From: Eledone cirrhosa | Lineage: Eukaryota | Assembly: GCA_964016885.1 (NCBI GenBank) | Contig: OZ024749.1 | Location: 5,518,001-5,582,000 of the forward strand | Direction: 5' to 3' | Length of the DNA stretch: 64,000 nt | The notes under the pieces: generated by a model | The model's database searches: none | Seen by the model: the letters and a program-made list of their open reading frames with translations, nothing else | Told to the model about the DNA's origin: nothing | Position numbers and translations under genes: made by a program | In this document: piece by piece, positions 13,284 to 27,052 of the stretch | Position numbering within the stretch: the stretch's first letter is position 1 | How the letters are laid out: each line of letters opens with the position of its first letter

Positions 13284-13967
13284 CGAGGTCTAGCAAATAG
13301 AGAAAAGGTTTTAAAATTTATTTTAAAACTTTTTCTCTATTTGACTGACCTCGATTTATATATGTTAATTTATGTGGTTGCTATGGTTAATTTATTAACC
13401 CGCCATAGAACCATATTGGCATACGGTTTGATAATACTTGTTTCCTTATATGTATTTTTTACACGTATGAATTCATACTTTATTATTATTGATCTCCCCC
13501 TAAGGTAGAGATAACATTTTGGCCGTTTGGACTGCTGCTATTTCTAGTGGCAGGACATTGATCTGTCCACCCTGCCTTTTGTCTTTGCACACGGCACCAG
13601 ACAGAATTATTTCTTTCATCATCCGCTCTCATTTGGGAATTGTTTTGTATGGCGTCAGTTTGTGATTTGAACTCGGGAATTTTATATTCTCCGCGGGAGA
13701 AGAGCCTTCTGAAGATTGCTCCCTTCTCAATGAAATTCCGCTTGGATTTTCCGTTTATTCTGGAGCATGAAACCGCGATAAAGGCACACATAGTAAGTAC
13801 AGCGAATTTTTTTTTATTTATTTTAAAACTTGTTCTCTATTCGCTAGACCTCGATTGTATATGTTCTCGCTTGTTAATTTATTAACCCGCCATAGAATCA
13901 CATTGGCATACGGTTGGATAATACTTGTTTCCCTATATGTATTTTTTACACGTAGGAATTCATACTT

Positions 13968-13972
<5 letters not shown>
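13280..13972 (+). mobile_element. Partial-tandem (~1.35 x 500 nt) retrozyme-like element with 5' inverted stub, in (TA)n
   Basis: 13316-13486 repeats at 13816-13972; stub 13283-13316 is inverted to 13321-13355; HHR at 13704-13785. Confidence 0.75.
13704..13785 (+). ncRNA. Type I hammerhead ribozyme motif
   Basis: gcctt CTGAAGA t-tgctcc...ggagca-t GAAA ccgcga TA aaggc; near-palindromic stem III; predicted cut after 13780. Confidence 0.7.
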
Positions 13973-14001
<29 letters not shown>

Positions 14002-14007
<6 letters not shown>

Positions 14008-14263
14008 CTATACTTGGGGAGGGTCATATTTGTGTAATATTGCCAGAATTAATAACAGAACACACTCACTGTTTGGTTGGTTTTCGCTTTTCGCTTCTGT
14101 GTCTTTTATATCGGTAATCCAATTTTTTCGGTCCTCAATGTTGCCATTGTTCTGTTATTAATTCTGGCAATATTACACAAATATGACCCTCCCCAGGTAT
14201 AACAATATTTGTTTCGACACACGATTTCATATCAAAAACATCGCAAAACTAATTCATCGCCGT
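14002..14263 (+). mobile_element. Hairpin-plus-tail element in (TA)n (~60-bp arms, ~85-nt loop, ~55-nt tail)
   Basis: 14002-14062 is inverted to 14148-14208. Confidence 0.8.
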
Positions 14264-14584
14264 TATATATATATGAGTGTACATAAGCATACTTACAATA
14301 AGACTTTTGAGACATGCAGTTAATAAAGTGTCCTTGGTTTGAATAGAATTATCTTTTATGCGATGCCCGATTTACCTGAGCAGGTAAATAATTGATTAAG
14401 TGAATATCTAAAAACAGCAGCAGCAACAACAGAAAATATATAAAAGCAAAATTACATATTAAAAGAAAATAACAACCTAAACTTTAAAAAGGCAAGACAA
14501 GTGTGATATATCTATAGTATTAGTACAACTTACTCTAGTATACTGTTATATATTTATACTACCAAAGAATATTTATACTTCTAG

Positions 14585-14730
14585 TAAGGGTGAAAGCAGC
14601 GATTCTTTGCTTAAACTTTAATCTGTTATTTAAAAAAATATTTGCTCTACGGTTCTTATATATTTGATATATATTTATCCTTATCGAGCCCTCTTTGGAT
14701 TTTAGTCTTCAATTTTATTATTATTACTAT
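14585..14730 (+). mobile_element. Family C element 3' portion
   Basis: aagggtgaaagcagcgattctttgcttaaactttaatctg...ctctttggattttagtcttc, shared with 6332, 38935, 54378. Confidence 0.75.
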
Positions 14731-15179
14731 ATATATATACTTTGTTTTTGAATTTGCTTTGCACGATTACGTATATGAAAACGTGTGTTGAAATATATAT
14801 TGTTATACTTTTGAGGGTCATGCTGTTATTACGTATGTATATATGTATGTATGTATGTATATTTATACATCTGTTATTACATATATGTATGTATATTTAT
14901 ACATCTGTTATTACGTATGTATATATATATATATATGTCTGGATCCGTAACTGTTTGTCGAGTTATAATGCCGCTGTATTGACATACGATGTCCCTTGAG
15001 TATTGTTGTTAAACCTGGCGGAGTCCATCTCCTCTCCATGACTGAACACAGCAAATTTCCTCCAGAAAAGGAGAGAGAGAAAGAGATATAGAGGAAGTAT
15101 CGTCCTCTGTATTGGAGCACAACATGTTTGATTGACCTCGGCGAGCGTTGAACTGAGGGAGGAGAGAACCGGATCAAAT

Positions 15180-15570
15180 ACCGCGCCGCTGTATAACCCA
15201 GGGTCTGCTGCACTTCAGGCCGAGGAGGGTGACCTCTCCAAATATTGGTCACTCTCCGACAGGTTTGCGTTCTAGCCCGTGGCAGTGGAGACTTCTGCTG
15301 TCCTCTGCCCTAGGGCCACCTCTCTGCTGACAACCATCGGCACAGAGTTGGCTTCTCGCAAGTGGTAGCCTCGTGAGCTGAAATAGCTCTTTCAACGCGC
15401 CTCCCTCATCATCCTCCAGGGAAACGCCTTCTCAATTCTGTGCACTGTGGCGGTGGGGCGGCCAGCATGTGGCTCCCTATTTGCTGATAATAGTGAGAGA
15501 TAGGGAGGGCGGGAAAGACGGACGTGGTGACAGTGGGAATATGGTTCTGTTGCATTCGATTCTGGTGTAT
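15180..15570 (+). mobile_element. CRE-clade non-LTR retrotransposon 3' fragment
   Basis: gtggcagtggagacttctg (VAVETS) and LFQRASLIILQGNAFSIL-like coding; homologous to 34870-35485. Confidence 0.75.
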
Positions 15571-16326
15571 ATATGTTTATAAAAGAGAATGAGTATCTAA
15601 TGACTATTTTTCATGTTAACTAATAATAAAAACCCAAAACCCTGAGACTAAGAACGACATTAAAACTATAAGTATGTCTATACAATGTCTATAATATTAT
15701 AGTATATCTATATGACTGTAGAATATCTATGATGCTATAGTATATCTGTTTACTGTATTATATTTAGAAAATAGCTTGAACTGGGCGGTAAATGTTAAAA
15801 ATAAAGAAAATGATGTTGGCGTGTTATTGCGCAGTTCTGTATGGGTTCTTACAGTTCGCGATAACATCTTTTTTATCAAGGAATTAATAGAAGAAACTAG
15901 CGTAAGTGTGACAGAGATATACAGATTCTACTGTGAACCTTTTCAAAGAAGATGTTATCCCGAAATATGAAGGATCTGTAATGAAGTGCAAATCATAGTT
16001 TCTTTTTTATCATTCACCGTCTAATACACATTTTGGTGTTAAATGTCTCGTTAACATTTACAGTCGACAAGGCATGACACCAATATTTAAGAAGGTAACG
16101 TAGTATACATAATAATATAATAATCAATGTGTACAATCGAATGAATAGAAGTAAATATACACACACATGGAAAAATAGAAATGAATGTGTGTTGGTACAA
16201 ACGTGATGTGTACAGATGACGTTCATTGTGTAATCTACAGACAACAGGCTTTCTATCGAGAGAATAGAAGCGCACACACACACACGTACACACACACACG
16301 TACACGTGCACGCACACGCACACACA

Positions 16327-16595
16327 CGGGGTCCGAATACAGAAGAGTTGAACTCCCACTGTCATCGGCTCCATCTCACTCGCCCTCCCCATCTCTCACT
16401 ATTATGAGCAAATGGCGCGCCACACGTTGGCCAGCCCACGGGCCCCAGCGGACACAATGAAGACGTTTCCTCGGTGGATTATGAGGGAGATGCGCTAGAA
16501 GAGCCATACCAGATCGCGTGGCTCACAGCTGCGGGTAGCCAGCTCAGAGCCTATAGTGGTGAGTAGGGGCGTAGCCCTAGCGCCAAGGACCGAAC
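16327..16595 (-). mobile_element. CRE-clade 3' fragment abutting (CA)n
   Basis: Minus translation ELATRSCEPRDLVWLF; homologous to the other copies. Confidence 0.75.
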
Positions 16596-16779
16596 AAAGC
16601 ACTATTTTCAAGCCAACTACAACACCAGTATGTTTGTATTGCCGTGGTATATATATACTATTGACATGCATCTTGATTACAGGGGTATATTTATACAACT
16701 ATAGTATGCCTATAAAACACTTCTATATCTATATTTCTATAGTGTATATATACTAGTGTGTATATATATATATATATAT

Positions 16780-16820
16780 ATATACACTATAGTATATTTA
16801 TATTGGTATAGTATATCTAT

Positions 16821-16885
<65 letters not shown>

Positions 16886-16979
16886 CACACACATATATAT
16901 ATATATACACTATAGTATATTTATATTGGTATAGTATATCTATACTACAGTGTATATATATATATATATATATATACAT

Positions 16980-17012
<33 letters not shown>

Positions 17013-17076
17013 CACTATAGTATATTTATATTGGTATAGTATATCTATACTACAGTGTATATATATATATATACAT

Positions 17077-17118
<42 letters not shown>

Positions 17119-17125
17119 TATAGTA

Positions 17126-17167
<42 letters not shown>

Positions 17168-17215
17168 TATATATATATACACTATAGTATATTTATATTG
17201 GTATAGTATATCTAT

Positions 17216-17258
<43 letters not shown>

Positions 17259-17326
17259 TATATATATATATACACTATAGTATATTTATATTGGTATAGT
17301 TTATCTATACCACAGTATATATATAT

Positions 17327-17365
<39 letters not shown>

Positions 17366-17450
17366 CATACACACACACACACACATATATATTTATATAC
17401 ACTATATAGTACATTTATATTGCTATAGTATATCTATACTGCTGTATATA
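16780..17450. repeat. Array of ~46-bp units (tacactatagtatatttatattggtatagtatatctatactacagt) separated by variable TA/CA microsatellite
   Basis: About 6 full units plus 1 partial; related units at 18173-18270 and 18763-18810. Confidence 0.85.
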
Positions 17451-17469
17451 TATATATATATATATATAT

Positions 17470-17625
17470 AACCAAAGATTAATATGGTTCAGTGATTATT
17501 CAATGAATATAGTTTTACAATAGATTAAAAGCTCTCTACAGTAAAGTTTTCTGGAGTTATTAATATTATTCAAAATATTAATAAATGAAGACATTCACAT
17601 AATCAAAATATATGTATATATTTTG
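17470..17625 (-). mobile_element. Family D (HHR-bearing) terminal fragment
   Basis: Reverse of 58100-58227 (taaccaaagattaatatggttc...gttttacaatag); related to 39687-39937. Confidence 0.65.
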
Positions 17626-17626
17626 A

Positions 17627-17818
17627 ATAATTGTTTCTACTTTTGGCACAAGGCCAGCAATTACCCGGTGTATTATCGGTACTTTATTTTATCGATCCCA
17701 TAAGGATGAAAGGCAAAGTTAACCTCAGTGGGATTTGAACTCTGAATGGCAAGGGCCGTAATTCTATGCGTCAAAGCATGGCGTCTGACCCTCTACCGAT
17801 ACTGCCAACCCACCGCCC
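17627..17818 (-). mobile_element. Full-length family S SINE
   Basis: Reverse copy; flanking duplication tatattttgaataat. Confidence 0.92.
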
Positions 17819-18129
17819 TTTATATATATATATATTTTGAATAATATTTTGAATAATATATATATATATATATTTTTCCTATCTTTAGTTTGCTTTCATC
17901 CTTCTATGTTGTTTACTTTGCTTTCATCCTTCTATGTTGTTTACTTGTCCCCCTCGCTTTACGCGATTTATTGGTCCCAATAACTTTTTTTAGTTATTGC
18001 TCGCACCAGTATGAGGTATATGATTTTTAATGCGATGAAATACCAATGATGGTTGGAAAATCACTGACGAAGGACTATTTTTATCATATGTAACCCATAT
18101 GCAACCACGCAGTATTCTTCTTTCTTCTC

Positions 18130-18168
<39 letters not shown>

Positions 18169-18284
18169 CATATACACTATATAGTATATTTATATTGCCA
18201 TAGTATATCTCTGCTACAGTATATATATTATATATATTTATATTACTATCGTATATCTACACTACAGTGTATATATTATATATA

Positions 18285-18489
18285 CCCCGCCGAGATTAAC
18301 TTTGCCGTTCATCCTTACGGGGTCGATAAAATAAAGTACCAGTAATACACTGGGTATTTGCTGGCCCTGTGCCAATAGTAGAAACAATTATATATATATA
18401 ATATATATATGTAATATATTACGGGGTCGATAAAATAAAGTACCAGTAATGTACTGGTGAATTGCTGGCGCTGTGCCAAACGTAGAAAC

Positions 18490-18495
<6 letters not shown>
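18285..18495 (+). mobile_element. Two 5'-truncated family S SINEs (18285-18390, 18419-18495)
   Basis: 3' halves of the consensus. Confidence 0.85.
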
Positions 18496-18538
<43 letters not shown>

Positions 18539-18541
<3 letters not shown>

Positions 18542-18739
18542 CGAAGGAAATGTGGTAAGGAACCAGGTGGAACATAACGCACCAAAGTACTCAATACTTA
18601 GGGTAGTAGAGTGGGTAATAGGAACGAGTAGGACCCCGACCGCTGAGCTCAAGCCATTTCGACGGCTAATTCTGGACTCAGTCCAGAATTAGCCGTTGAA
18701 ACGGCTTGAGCTCAGCCGTCGGGGTCCTACTCGTTCCTA
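18539..18739 (-). mobile_element. Family A hairpin-plus-tail element
   Basis: Near-perfect palindrome centred on ggactcagtcc plus family A tail; (TA)n flanks. Confidence 0.85.
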
Positions 18740-18889
18740 TATATATATATATACACACACACACTATATAGTATATTTATATTGCTATAGTATATCTATA
18801 CTACAATATATATTATGTATATATATATATATATATATATACAATATATATTATGTATATATATATATATATATATATACAATATATAT

Positions 18890-18928
<39 letters not shown>

Positions 18929-19254
18929 ACTATATAATACATTTATATTGCTATGGTATATCTACACTATATCTATATTTGATGTCTGCCAATAATAAAT
19001 GAGACACTGTGGAGATTATAAACAAACAATGGAATCAAAAGAATCCTAATTCACCATCAACACCCAAACAAGTACACAAACATGTACACACACGTACACA
19101 TTCACTGACACACACGTACAGAGTCACTGACACACACACACACTCACATCCCATCTATATATATATATATATATTTATGAATGTGTGTGATGGTGGGAAA
19201 TGAAGATTATTTTGCATGTACATAAGTGTGTATGTATATATCTATATATGTACA

Positions 19255-19343
<89 letters not shown>

Positions 19344-20738
19344 TGAAAAATCTCTAAAATAACTAGTGTCATTTCTATTTAATATCCCACCCATAAAGAA
19401 GATGGAGAAAAATCCATTAGCATAACTTTTCTATGTGAGTGTTTGAGAAATCTCTTAGTTTTATGATATATTACAGTATAAAGAAACAGAGTATTAATGT
19501 TTTAGTTTCATATCATTTGCTATATTTACGGCTTCTATGTTTTGATTGGTTATTTATCTGTGTTGGAACCTGGCCTAGTGTGTAGTGTTTTCGGAGAGCG
19601 TTCGTAGTGCCGTCAGCTCAAAACGATTCGTTTGCCAGACCGGGTGTAGCGTTTTGGTTTTTGCTTTCTCATTGACGTGGTACTGTTGATTCAGTTTGTG
19701 CCAGTATTCAGTCAGCTAACTAAATATTTATAGCATTTGCATAACTATCAAATGGAAGTTAACCTTGTGATAGATAGGAATTATTCCGAGAGTTTGATTT
19801 CTCATAATTTCAGTTGCGTAGCACCGATGTAACTACCGGAAGAAGCTGCTGGCTTTCTACAGTCCGTGAAAGTAAGGAACAATGGGTGAAGGTGCTTCAG
19901 TCTTTTTACGCTCAGTCGTTGGAGGCAAACATGACCCAGGATAAGATCTGGCCTTTAGGAAATCATAGGAATAGGACGTAAAGGTAAAGAGATTCTTCCA
20001 CTCATCTTTCCCTTTCACACTGAATATCAAGCCAGAAAATTTAAAGAGCATCAATTAAACCAGTATGGGTTACAGGAAACATTGTGGGATATGTGATAGA
20101 TTATAAGGTGTTCGGATAGCCAACACAATGAGGATAGATATGTAAAGGTAGTACTGTGGTAAAAGGGTGCAAAACAAAATAATGTTTTTATTTTATCATG
20201 TATATTTCTTCGTGGTATTTCATATTTGAAGGTAAAGAAACTTTTCTAATAAGTGTAGAAAAACGAGACGTTCTTTTCTTACGAACAATTCCTATTTTGT
20301 GTGTACATGCGCAGATCAGTCATAACAGCCACTTCTTACGACTGCTTTGCGCATGTACACACCAACTATCAACGACACACACAGCACAGGAATGTTTCGT
20401 GAGAAAAAAAAAAACGTCTTGTTTTCCTACATTCATTTGATAAGGGGAACATCACCTTGAAATATACCGGAGAAATATATTGGGTACGAACATTATTTTG
20501 TTTGTCATATTTTTACCCCAGTACTACTATTATAATTCCATTCCCATTGTACCGGGTTTCCTAACACCTTATCATTTATCAATTAAAATGCTTTTCTTTA
20601 CTGCATGGTCCATTTCAAGAACTGTTGCTACCTTGGTTTACTATTTCGAACTTTTACAATATCTTTATATGGTGAAGAAATTGCTGTGAAAATTTACTCT
20701 GGTGAAATAAAGGTTTGAATTTTCAATATTATATAGTC

Positions 20739-20875
20739 ATAATTGTTTCTACTATTGGCAGAAGGCCAGCAATTATCTAGTACATTACTGGTACTTTACT
20801 TTATCGACCCCGTAATGATGAAAGGCAAAGTTGAACTCAATGTGCTGAAAATAGGAACGAATACAACAAACCATG
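20739..20875 (-). mobile_element. Family S SINE (internally deleted or chimeric); older related copy at 21200-21345 (+)
   Basis: Reverse 3' half joined to gaactcaatgtgctgaaaataggaacgaatac, the complement of 21228-21270. Confidence 0.7.
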
Positions 20876-22087
20876 TGTCAAGAATATCTTGCTAATGTGG
20901 TTTGTTAATTCAAATTGTTATAGCATCTTTACTGTTTGACCTGTCCTTGTGAAACGTTTCAGTATTAGAGGAAAGAGATACACTATAATATTATAAAGTT
21001 ATATTGCTGTTTTACAGATTTCAAGAATATCCTTCTAATGTCATTTCATGTGGTGCAGAACATTAAGTGACAGATGGGAATTTCGGCCGAGTAATAATCT
21101 TTTAACACCAATATTGTGTTATGTAAGTGGTCTGGGAAATAGATCCCAGGCTAAATTTAATATATAACACATTAATATCATATATTGGTAATTCTCACTT
21201 GGTGGAGATGTTAGGATGTCTGAAAACATGGTTTGTGGTATTCGTACCTATTTTCAGCACGTTGAGTTCAAATGCCACCGAGATCAACTTTGCATTTCAT
21301 CTTTTCTTAATCGATAAATTCGATACCATTCTAATATTGGGTCGATTCTTCCTCTATGTCTCTTTATCGTTTCATGTCTCTCATATCTCTGGAAGACATC
21401 GGCTATGCCCAGATTTGGAGAAATTTGAGCTCTGCCTCGTTTAAATGCACATTTTGCGCAGTCAGCAGTTAAGAGCAAATAGCATAGACTAATAATTGTG
21501 TGATTGTTCACTCATGAGGAATTGAGTTAGCTTCCACCAATGCACTGCTGACAGAGGACTTGTATACTATCAGAAATGTATCAGTAATACACTTGGGGTA
21601 GATTCAAATACCATTAATTTCCTGTTGAAATTTGGCCTTTTGTTGTTACAAAACAAATCAATATTTTTGTTTGTCACATTGGAAGATGTGTATGCACCAT
21701 TTGTGCAATAAATGCCAAATTTTGGCCAGAATTTTAATGAGCTTCAAAATGGTTTCAGGCTAATTTCTACAGAACATCTTTTGAATTAGTAGTTTTTTGT
21801 ACAACATTTTTCTTCTAATTATGAGAAGAAATAATTAAAAATATTTAATTAACTTCTGTTTATTTCATTCCTTTTTTATTTATGATTAGTATTTGTTTGT
21901 GATTGTTATTTTGTCTTTTGTATTTATTCTTTACTTTCTCACTTTGAAATTGTGTTCAAATGATGCTGTTTCATTAGTCAACCAAATAGGTACCAGTGGT
22001 ATAATGGTGGTAATGTTACATATTCATCGGATCAGACATACAGAATTCCTTAATATATTTGTGATTTCTGCTAATAGAATTAAAACA

Positions 22088-22282
22088 CTAGCTGAAATAG
22101 TTCTTCCAAAACGTCTTCCTCACCATCCTTCGGGGAAACGCCTTCTCTATTCTGTCCGCCGGGGCCATGGGTGGCCAGCTTGTGGGCCTTCGTTTGCTCA
22201 TAATAGTGAGAGTTGTGGAGAACGGGAGGGACGAAGGCAGTGACTGTGGGAGTTTGGTTATATTGTGGATGGATCTGGTGTA
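22088..22282 (+). mobile_element. CRE-clade 3' fragment
   Basis: catccttcggggaaacgccttctctattctg (ILRGNAFSIL); ends ggatctggtgta. Confidence 0.7.
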
Positions 22283-22429
22283 AATGTATCAAACAGATAT
22301 ATTTCTCAGTAGGCTGTTAAACATTTCTTTTATGTAATGTTAATTACTATATGATTATCAGATACTCTAGCAGTAATAATTAGGTCCCCTAAGTAACAGA
22401 AATGTTGTACATCTGTCTTTCTAATTATC

Positions 22430-23325
22430 TATCCCACTATCGCTCAGGCGCTCACAGTCCTCTGTCAAGCGGGCACGGCAATCTGTGGAGATTTCACTTC
22501 GACATTCTATAGACGAACTCACCAGTCTGTTTCGTAGGACTTTCCGCCCGGGATCTATGGCCAACTTCCAGAGGTCCCTGGCCTGGCAATGCTACCGAGG
22601 AGCTCTACCAGTTCGAGACAAGATCTACAGACACGGACGCCCCAGCAGGGATCCTTCCAAGAGGACGTGTCCAAGATGCGAGCAGGACATTGAAACCGTC
22701 TTGCACGCTAATTGTACACTGCCCGGGCGTAACCGACCTGTGGAACTACGCAGAACAACTACTGTAGCGTATGGGAAAAATCCAGTTGACTGTCGAGTAC
22801 ATAGTAAGAATCAAACGGCCAACTTCTTTCAAAAACGAAAGAGAGGCGGTTTTCCCCTGTATAGTGGCTATGGTGAAAGAGGTTATATGGTGGACGAGAT
22901 TGAGAGGACTGAGGACAGATGTCTTTCTCTCCGGACAACTCATTCCCTTCTTTGGGTACCACTTTAGAAGAAGAATCAGAGTGGAGAGAGAGGCACTGCA
23001 CCCCAGCAAATTTACTGAAAGGTGGGTGAATGTAGCAAAAATGGCCCGAGCGATTGGGCCTTCTCTGTATATAAACCTTTAGGTTGAAGAAGAGATCAAA
23101 AGGAAGAAAGGAGCACTTGCACAACGCGCTCCCGGAGTTGAGGGTTGTCCTATCGACGGGGTACTAAACAACCCATTTGTGGCGCCTCCCCCCCTATTGG
23201 GGATTTCGATTGTTAAATTTGTTTGTTTCAATATTTTTACACGATTGTATGTAAAATCCCCGGCATGTCTTTGTCCTTGTGTTTTTCCCTTTTCTTGTGC
23301 GCCCTTGTGGCAAATAAAGAAATAT
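22430..23325 (+). mobile_element. Tx1/L1-clade LINE 3' end (zf-RVT/CCHC region, frameshifted) with 3' UTR
   Basis: FQRSLAWQCYRGALPVRDKIYRHG...CPRCEQDIETVLHA; second frame KEVIWWTR...ERWVNVA; AATAAA near 23313. Confidence 0.8.
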
Positions 23326-23399
23326 ATCTATTAAACCATTGTAATCAGCGTTTCCAGCAAGCTGCGTTGGTACGTAGAAGCTTAATTGGTGGTGTTGGA

Positions 23400-23830
23400 C
23401 GTCAAAATGTTGCCGCTTAGTAGCTTTGATATGTTCACACGCACACCTTGTTGCTGCTTAATAGCTATAATGGTGCCTCTTAGAAGCTCTGAAATGTCCA
23501 CACACACAATCAAAATTCGCTTATTAGTTTTGAAATATTTCCGCACTCCTTAAAATGTTGCCGCTTAGAAATATTTCCGCTCAGAAATATTTCCGCTCTC
23601 ATCAAAATGTTGCCGCTTAGAAATATTTTCGCAGTCATCAAAATGTTGCTGCTTAGAAGCTTTGATATGCCGCACACATCAAAATCTTGTTACACAGAGA
23701 TCTGAACAGTAGCCGGAAAAATAAAAATGTTGCCGTTTAAAAACTTTGAAATGTTACCACACATCTCAAACTGTCTCTTAATAGTTTTGAAATATTAACA
23801 CACACACATTGCTCCACACATCAAAACGTT
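23400..23830. repeat. Degenerate minisatellite (caaaatgttgccgcttagaa core)
   Basis: Core recurs at about 23403, 23551, 23603, 23639, 23724. Confidence 0.75.
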
Positions 23831-24904
23831 GCTACCCAGAAATTTATACAATTTTAAAGGGGTACCAGATTTGCGGCTATGTCTCATCCATTTACAGTTA
23901 ACGCTGTTAAATGCGACTTCTTGCTTTCCTGACCACTATCAAAACTTCAAAAGCAACATAAATCTTCTGTTCTTTATAGCAAATCATTTATTATTAAGAG
24001 CAACTGGATATATAAGATGACTATCTTACTCTACTTTACTGGATTCACTGCATTTCGTAAATATATCATAAAGTATAGAAAATAGAGCTTTGTTTGAAAG
24101 CTATCACTATGTGTATTATACGGTAAGGTTTAAAAAAATAACAATGATTTAAGTGTGTTACCTTGACTTTCCTTGTAGGGCCTACATATTTCGGGATAAA
24201 ATCTCTATCAAAAGGTTGATAGAAGAAGCTGTTAATCTTTGCCGTTGTTAAGTTAGTTTCGTCTATTAACATAATGGATCACATAGCACTCGTTTTTTCA
24301 GGCCTGTATAACTGAATCGAAGAGAAATGTTACAGTATCGGCACATTCAGCGAATCCAGTTTATTATGACTTTTAAACCGGAAGTTGAGTACTTTCAATG
24401 GGTTTTCTCTCATATATCTTTAGATATACGTATTCAATGTTTTAAATAAATAGCATTTAATTAGCAGACATGTTGGATTAACAGAATTGCTATCTTGTTC
24501 GTATCCGACCAAGGTAATAATTGCATTTCATCTGTCTTCTTGTTGATATTATAAAATACCAGTTAACTACTCGGGTCAATCAACTAAATGTGTGACTATT
24601 TCTATATGGTTATATTTCATTTCATTCAATAAATATATCTTAAGTATGTTAAATAATTGACTGAGCAAATCAAGGTATATGGGAAAGATGTCCATTTGTT
24701 GTGTGGAGTGTAATGTTTCAATATTTTAAGTTTTAGCAGTAAATGTCTAAAAACAGGTTTGTTAATTCAAATGTGTATAGAGTGTTTACTATTGGACAGA
24801 TAGTTAAGATAATCTGCAGTAAACTAAAGTGCAGACTTTATTTTTTAATGGGATGCAATCATAATTTTAAAGTTTTCACCTTTACTGGTTTACACACATA
24901 CGCA

Positions 24905-25825
24905 CACACATACATACATACATACATACATACATACATACATACATACATACATACATACATACATACATGGTGGCTGCCAACTCGTTTTCGAGTACGG
25001 CCACTACTTTATATTCATGTAGGAGAACCCCTACTGATGCGCTGAACGAGTGTGGCTTTTAGTCCAGCCAGCGACTTGAAAACTCTAGTACAAACACTAC
25101 ACTTGTGACAATTACTGACACATAGTGCTGGGCCCATTGTACCCTGTGATGACAAGTGCAAAGAGATCTCCAGATATAAAGCAATGCCTGTGCCGTGAAG
25201 CTTTTATAGTGAGCAAAGGCACTGCACAAAGCCAGTCCCACTCTCTTAACCAAGATTATATTTACCAAAAAAGAAGAACAAGTCAACATCATTGGATACC
25301 ATCAGGGTTGCAGGTGCTATATCTGAGTTGTCCTTCTCCTAGAATTCTGCCTTGACAAAGGCTAAGGAGTCATCTCTCCCGGTGATTTTGGATGGCCATT
25401 GACTCTTAAGAGCTCCTTTGCCCTTTGACAGGTTTTGTTTTTAGTCCTGCAGGATGTCCAAAGTCACCCTCCTCACCAAGAAACCTTGGTGGGGTTGCCA
25501 GTTTAGTCGCCAACGACCCGACCATGAGACAGGTTGTACTGGGATACATGGTACCAATAGCACCAACTTGTGACCTGACATAACATACATACATACATAC
25601 AGGCTGCCAACTCGTTTTCGAGTACGGCCACTACTTTATATCCATGTAGGAGAACCCCTATCGATGCGCTGAACGAGTGTGACTTTTTAGTCCAGCCAGC
25701 GACTTGAAAACTCTGGTACACTTGTGACAATTATTGACACATAGTGCTGGGCCCATGGTACCATGTGACGACATACATACATACATACATACATACATAC
25801 ATACATACATACATACATACATACA

Positions 25826-25855
<30 letters not shown>
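24905..25855 (-). mobile_element. RTE-derived non-autonomous elements with duplicated 3' end and (TATG)n tails
   Basis: 24974-25150 resembles 25602-25770; minus translation CHKCTRVFKSLAGLKSHTRSAH (C2H2-like RTE C-terminus); flanked by (CATA)n. Confidence 0.65.
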
Positions 25856-25857
<2 letters not shown>

Positions 25858-26615
25858 ATCATCATCACTATCAACTTTTAAAGATTTACCTTGACAGATT
25901 AAAAACCACAGAAATATTCGCTACCTGGTTTTTGCATTCAGTATTCCAGAATTCCAGTTTACCATCATCCACTCTCTGAGACTCACCGTATTTATTTGAC
26001 AAATTATGCATATTTCTGAATTGACGCAATATTTTTTTCATTTAGTTATGAATCCATCTGAAAATGCTGAAGCAAATTCCAAAATGTAATTTACTCTGAA
26101 GATTAAGAAATCTTTTTCTGTGCTAGCTTGCAGTGAATTTTAGCTTTCTTTCATATAAGGCTCTACAGCCAATTTTATCTACTAGGCGAAGCTGCAAAAT
26201 AGTGAAATAGCTATTGCATATTTTTTTGTAGAGTTTAACATAATTATTTTTGCGGTTTAGCTGTTTATTAAAGATGTTTCCATGTGTTATGTGTGCTAGA
26301 GAAATACTAGAGGGCACGAAAAGAAGTCTGTTCTAAGAATCACTAATGAGCCTTCGCAATGTCCATCCAACGCAATTTCTGCGTGTTATTTATACACCTC
26401 CAAATAACACGTATACGTTAAAAGTATGCCGCCTGTTCAGTCTTAAGTCTAAACCTGTTATCCCAATTGAGACAACATAGGCTACCTATATAGGTATATA
26501 TCTATATATATTTTCTAACATTCCTGGCCGTCTTCAAATATAAATCAATATATATATAAATTCGTATATGCTATATTGTGGCTAATACCTTCTCGATATA
26601 TATATATATATATAT

Positions 26616-26724
26616 ATAGGAAAATGTTTAACCCCGGGGTGAAACATTTTCCTATTACCTACTCTAAGTATTGAGTACTCTGGTGCGTTATGGTCCATCT
26701 TGACCCTTACCACACGTCCTTCGA
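26616..26724 (+). mobile_element. Minimal family A element (short hairpin plus tail)
   Basis: taggaaaatgtttaaccccggggtgaaacattttccta followed by the family A tail. Confidence 0.8.
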
Positions 26725-26817
26725 TATATATATATATATATATACACATGTATATGTATGTATGTGTGTATGTATATATATGTATATATATATATATACA
26801 TGTATGTATGCATATAT

Positions 26818-26858
<41 letters not shown>

Positions 26859-26979
26859 TATGTATGTATATATACATTTATGTATGTATGCATGTGTCTC
26901 GTGAAAAAAGAAAAAAATGAACTACGATGCACTCGACCAGGTCTTCAAAATAGGAAGCCAAGACAAAAGAATTGTAATC

Positions 26980-27044
<65 letters not shown>

Positions 27045-27052
<8 letters not shown>

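Noticed and set aside
16780-17450. CRISPR-like repeat-spacer pattern
   Set aside because: Spacers are only TA/CA microsatellite; eukaryotic context; no cas genes
18064-18080. CTGACGAaggac hammerhead-like core
   Set aside because: No downstream gtccGAAA or stem III
19814-19980. Candidate exon or short ORF (LRSTDVTTGRSCWL...)
   Set aside because: Weak acceptor, phase not compatible with the 27996 exon, and possibly a decayed transposon sequence
21018-21122. AG/GTAAGT-bounded 105-nt candidate exon
   Set aside because: Stops in all three frames; could only be non-coding and has no other support
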